From: an uncultured Bacteroidota bacterium
GTDB taxonomy: Bacteria > Bacteroidota > Ignavibacteria > UBA10030 > UBA6906
Direction of reading: 5' to 3'
DNA: 64,000 nucleotides
NCBI GenBank assembly: GCA_963700635.1
Contig: CAVOYH010000005.1
Coordinates: forward strand, 1-64,000
Under the pieces are notes generated by a model. It did not search any database. It was not told the DNA's origin and saw nothing but the letters and a program-made list of their open reading frames with translations. A program made the position numbers and the translations under genes. This document shows, piece by piece, positions 60,820-64,000 of the stretch. The number at the start of each line of letters is the position of its first letter. The stretch's first letter is position 1.

Positions 60820-61151
60820 CGGCATTCCCCAAAGCTTTCGCTTCGGTCCGGACTATCTCATCATCCTCTTATGGCAATGAGGACGCCGGGCGCTGATGGG
60901 GCTTATCGGTGAGAATCCTCATCCCCTAGTCTCTGCACGTTCCCTGCTACGTTCATTCTCTTCGCAGGGCTTCGCTCAGGGTTGCCATGCCCCCATTTCC
61001 GAGGGTTTAGGGTTCCCTGAATTCACCCGGTTTTCCACTCCCGGTCACCCGGAAGCGCTGCTATTCCTGCATGAACCTCTCGGTGACAGTTTGCGCAGAA
61101 ATGTACGCGCCTATCAGCATATTTCCGAGAATCTCGACCCATGCAGAGCTC
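60820..61151 (-). ncRNA. Group I intron (332 nt, IC-like) inserted between anticodon positions 35 and 36
   Basis: 5' exon ends in U and intron ends in G; P (AATTCAGGGAA), Q (AACCCTGAGC), R (GTGCAGAGACTA) and S (GAGATAGTCC) elements; IGS GCAGC pairs with exon GCUGU through a G-U wobble. Confidence 0.9.
61023..61142 (-). pseudogene. 39-aa remnant of an intron-encoded HNH homing endonuclease
   Basis: MGRDSRKYADRRVHFCANCHREVHAGIAALPGDREWKTG*; CANCH..VH is the HNH C-terminal motif. Confidence 0.7.
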
Positions 61152-61195
61152 ACAGCCGCATGCTCTACCATTGAGCTATCGCGGAATAACTCAAG

Positions 61196-61224
61196 AATAT
61201 ACGGAAGACCCGCAACATTGTCAA
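61196..61224 (-). promoter_or_regulatory. sigma70-type promoter of the tRNA
   Basis: TTGACA-N17-TATATT immediately upstream of the tRNA 5' end. Confidence 0.75.
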
Positions 61225-61361
61225 CCCGGTCTTACGGAATCAATGGGGCCGGACCAGGGTCACCATCCCTTGCATTTGCCCTCCCCCTCAACGATCTTAT
61301 TCCATTCATTCCGCACAGTCAGAGGCATCCCCGACACTGACAAGAAGGACCTTCCTTCCGT

Positions 61362-64000
61362 ATGATCGGCAAAATCATTCAACTGGGTCTTGCTCTGATG
61401 CTGCCCGCGTCTCTGTCAGCACAATCCACCCCGCGCGAATTCCACGTGGCCCCCGTGGGGAACGACGCGAACCCCGGCAGTATCACAAAACCGTTCAGAA
61501 CATTCCTGCGGGCCCGCAATGCCGTCCGCGCCCTGCGGCTCCAACATCCCGATCTCACTGACACCGTAAGGGTGTTCTTCCATGAAGGCCAGTACTTCAT
61601 CGAGACACCCCTGCAGATAGATCCTGATGACAGCGGAACACCTTCATCTCCCACACTGTACACAGCGTACGGCAGCGAACGCCCTACGGTAAGCGGGGGA
61701 GTCAGGGTGACCGGCTGGAAACCGACAGTATTCGATACCAGGAAGGTCTGGAGCGCCGATGTGCCGGTGGCTGTCCGCCGCGCCCGGCCCCGATTCCAGG
61801 AACTCTGGATCAACGGACAACGCCGTACTCCAGCGCGGCACCCCGACAGCGGGTATCTCACACTCGTTTCCGCCCCGGATGTCACGCCGTCAACCCATTG
61901 GATGGACGGCCAGACATCGTTCACGGTCCGGCAGGGAGATATTCCGGCCGATATGGACCTCAGCGGGGGGCTCGTCGTGGCAACAAATCGGTGGGTGGAA
62001 TCACATCTTCCGGTTCGTTCATTTGATCCGAAACGCAACCTCTTCCAATTCACACGTCGCACAGTGTTCCGGACCGACCCGGATGATCTGTACTATGTTG
62101 TGCATGCCCGGGGTGCCTTCGACACGCCGGGAGAATGGTGGCTCGACACGAATCGGGGGAAGGTCTACTATTTTCCTCTTCCCGGCGAATCAATCAAATC
62201 GGTGGATGGTGTCGTCCCACTTCTCGGTCAGATTTTGCTTGTCAGGGGGACCCCCCGCGAGGATCGATGGGTGGAACATGTGATATTCCGCGGGATTACG
62301 TTCAGCCACGCTGAATGGTTTTTTCCGGAAGGGTACACAACAGACTCCCGCAATTCCGATGCAGGAGGATTCCTGCAGGCCGCAACAGGTGTCCCGGCCG
62401 CAATAAGCTGCACCGGTATGCGTCACTGCACGTTTTCCCGCTGCACCATTTCACACGTCGGGACCTACGCAATAGCCATGGGAGAGGCCTGTCTTGACAA
62501 TACCATCATGCAGTCCGAACTGACCGATCTCGGAGCCGGTGGCGTGTTTCTCGGACTGAAGACTCTTGAGGACGACCACAAACTTCTGACCCAGCGGAAC
62601 CGGATTCTCGACAATCACATTCATGACGGAGGCCGGATCTTCCATAGTGCAATCGGAATCTGGGTGGGGCAGAGTCCGTTTAACAGAATCGTCCACAACC
62701 ATATCCATGATTTTTATTATACCGGGATCTCGATCGGATGGACCTGGGGATACGGGCCTGCACTGGGTTCGGGTAACCTTGTCGAACGTAATCATGTCCA
62801 TCATATCGGCGTGCGCAGTGACGGCGATGGTCCGATCTTGAGTGACCTGGGTGGTATCTATACGCTTGGATTCCAGCGTGGCACAGTTATTCGAAGAAAT
62901 GTGTTCCACGATATCGCCGCGCGGACCTACGGGGGGTGGGGAATTTATTTTGATGAAGGCAGTACCGGTGCCCTGGCCGAACAGAACCTCGTCTACCGGA
63001 CCCTGCATGGAGGATTCCATCAGCACTACGGGAAGAACAACATTTTTAGAAACAACATCCTTGCATTTGGAGAAGAATACCAGATCCGCAGGGACCGGGT
63101 GGAACCGCATACGAGTTTTGCTTTCGAGAACAATATCGTCTACTGGAACGGGGGGCCACTGTTCTACGGAAATCTGCGTGACGGGGATTTTGTCTTCGAC
63201 AGAAACATCTACTGGCCCACGAAAGGGGAGTTCCGTGCCGATTCGCTGAGTTTTGAAGAATGGCAGGCCTTCGGATTTGACAGACATTCCCGCGTGGCCG
63301 ACCCCTTGTTCGCTGACCCTGCAAAGAACGACTTCCGCTTGCAGCATGGCTCACCCGCGCTGGAACTCGGCTTTAAACCGTGGGATGCCTCTGCAGCACT
63401 TTCTTCCGTGCCGGTCGGAGACGTGACAGCTTCCCCCGTCCGCCCGGGACGACTACTCTATAATAATGACGGATCGAACATTCTTATGGCATACGACTCG
63501 CTGACACCCAAAAGGGCGTATGAACGGATCGATGCGCTCGCCGGACAGGGGGTCAGTACTTTTATCCACAATGTGAATCCCGGGCAGAATCCGGGATATC
63601 CGAGCGGCATCGAGTCAATGTACCACTGGGACAATCCGCCTGCTTATGCAAAAGAGGGGTGGAATCTGCTGGGACGGCGCATGAGCGACAATCTCGCGTC
63701 GTTTGTGCGTGACTCCCTCGATCCGGTCGGAGTCGTCATGGAACGGGCACGGTTGCGGGGAATGGGAGCGTTCCTCTCATTCAGAATGAATGAGCTGCAC
63801 GACGTGGACAAACCAGAGAGCCCGCTCCTGGGCGATTTCTGGAAGGCTCATCCGGAGTGGCGCGTGGGAGGGTATGAAGGATGGGGCAAGGAAGCTCTCA
63901 ACTACGCAATCCCTGAGGTGCGGGAGTATTTTTTCAGTCTGCTGAAAGAAACAGTAACGCGCTACGATCTGGATGGACTCGAACTGGACTTTATGCGATT
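61362..64000 (+). CDS. Large secreted carbohydrate-active protein: right-handed beta-helix (GH141-like) plus TIM-barrel glycoside-hydrolase-like domain; runs off the window
   Basis: Open frame to the window end; HVAP.GND.NPG...KPF, Y.GISIGW.WG, LSD.GGIYTLG and WGIYFDEGS; then LYNNDG, SFRMNE.H, LNYA.PEVR and YDLDG.ELDF.R. Confidence 0.85.
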   Translation, partial: MIGKIIQLGLALMLPASLSAQSTPREFHVAPVGNDANPGSITKPFRTFLRARNAVRALRLQHPDLTDTVRVFFHEGQYFIETPLQIDPDDSGTPSSPTLYTAYGSERPTVSGGVRVTGWKPTVFDTRKVWSADVPVAVRRARPRFQELWINGQRRTPARHPDSGYLTLVSAPDVTPSTHWMDGQTSFTVRQGDIPADMDLSGGLVVATNRWVESHLPVRSFDPKRNLFQFTRRTVFRTDPDDLYYVVHARGAFDTPGEWWLDTNRGKVYYFPLPGESIKSVDGVVPLLGQILLVRGTPREDRWVEHVIFRGITFSHAEWFFPEGYTTDSRNSDAGGFLQAATGVPAAISCTGMRHCTFSRCTISHVGTYAIAMGEACLDNTIMQSELTDLGAGGVFLGLKTLEDDHKLLTQRNRILDNHIHDGGRIFHSAIGIWVGQSPFNRIVHNHIHDFYYTGISIGWTWGYGPALGSGNLVERNHVHHIGVRSDGDGPILSDLGGIYTLGFQRGTVIRRNVFHDIAARTYGGWGIYFDEGSTGALAEQNLVYRTLHGGFHQHYGKNNIFRNNILAFGEEYQIRRDRVEPHTSFAFENNIVYWNGGPLFYGNLRDGDFVFDRNIYWPTKGEFRADSLSFEEWQAFGFDRHSRVADPLFADPAKNDFRLQHGSPALELGFKPWDASAALSSVPVGDVTASPVRPGRLLYNNDGSNILMAYDSLTPKRAYERIDALAGQGVSTFIHNVNPGQNPGYPSGIESMYHWDNPPAYAKEGWNLLGRRMSDNLASFVRDSLDPVGVVMERARLRGMGAFLSFRMNELHDVDKPESPLLGDFWKAHPEWRVGGYEGWGKEALNYAIPEVREYFFSLLKETVTRYDLDGLELDFMR

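Larger units (their letters stand above)
60782..61185 (-). tRNA. trnN: tRNA-Asn(GTT), split by a group I intron (exon 1 61185-61152, exon 2 60819-60782)
   Basis: The spliced sequence TCCGCGA TA GCTC AATGGTA GAGC A TGCGG CTGT|TAA CCGCA GGGTT GCAGG TTCGAGT CCTGC TCGCGGA G folds into a fully paired cloverleaf. Confidence 0.93.

Noticed and set aside
60820-61153. Alternative splice register after U33, giving another tRNA identity
   Set aside because: It leaves a 5-6 nt anticodon loop. Only the 35/36 junction gives a 7-nt loop, a terminal G and a matching IGS.

Overview
About 58% GC bacterial DNA (estimated by eye), probably from the Bacteroidota/Ignavibacteria lineage, because several secreted proteins end in T9SS-type 'YPNPFNP' C-terminal domains. 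Positions 1-31.6 kb form a large surface-polysaccharide locus. It has an IS3 insertion, WbpA/B/D-like enzymes, two phosphoglycosyl transferase/aminotransferase pairs, Wzx/Wzy, four GNATs, two deacetylases, a HAD/PRT-like enzyme, PglF, and three embedded T9SS cargo genes, two of which are tandem paralogs of a domain I cannot identify. Positions 31.7-47 kb hold a sensor kinase/response regulator/PP2C cascade, mgtE, GH3, and a sigma54-activated NifX/DUF5320/peroxiredoxin/radical-SAM block. Positions 47-54.8 kb hold an ECF-sigma-led operon encoding a PqqD/RRE protein, an ATP-grasp ligase, an atypical PLP decarboxylase with a leader-like YxxPxI N-terminus, a urea-transporter/M23 fusion, a TPR protein and a beta-barrel. 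This operon is the best candidate for an undescribed system. Positions 57.3-61.2 kb hold a tRNA-Asn(GTT) split inside its anticodon by a group I intron that carries an internally deleted HNH remnant, plus an integrase-less islet inserted at the tRNA 3' end. About eight single-base frameshifts, mostly in homopolymers, look like assembly errors. All calls come from motif reading; no searches were run.
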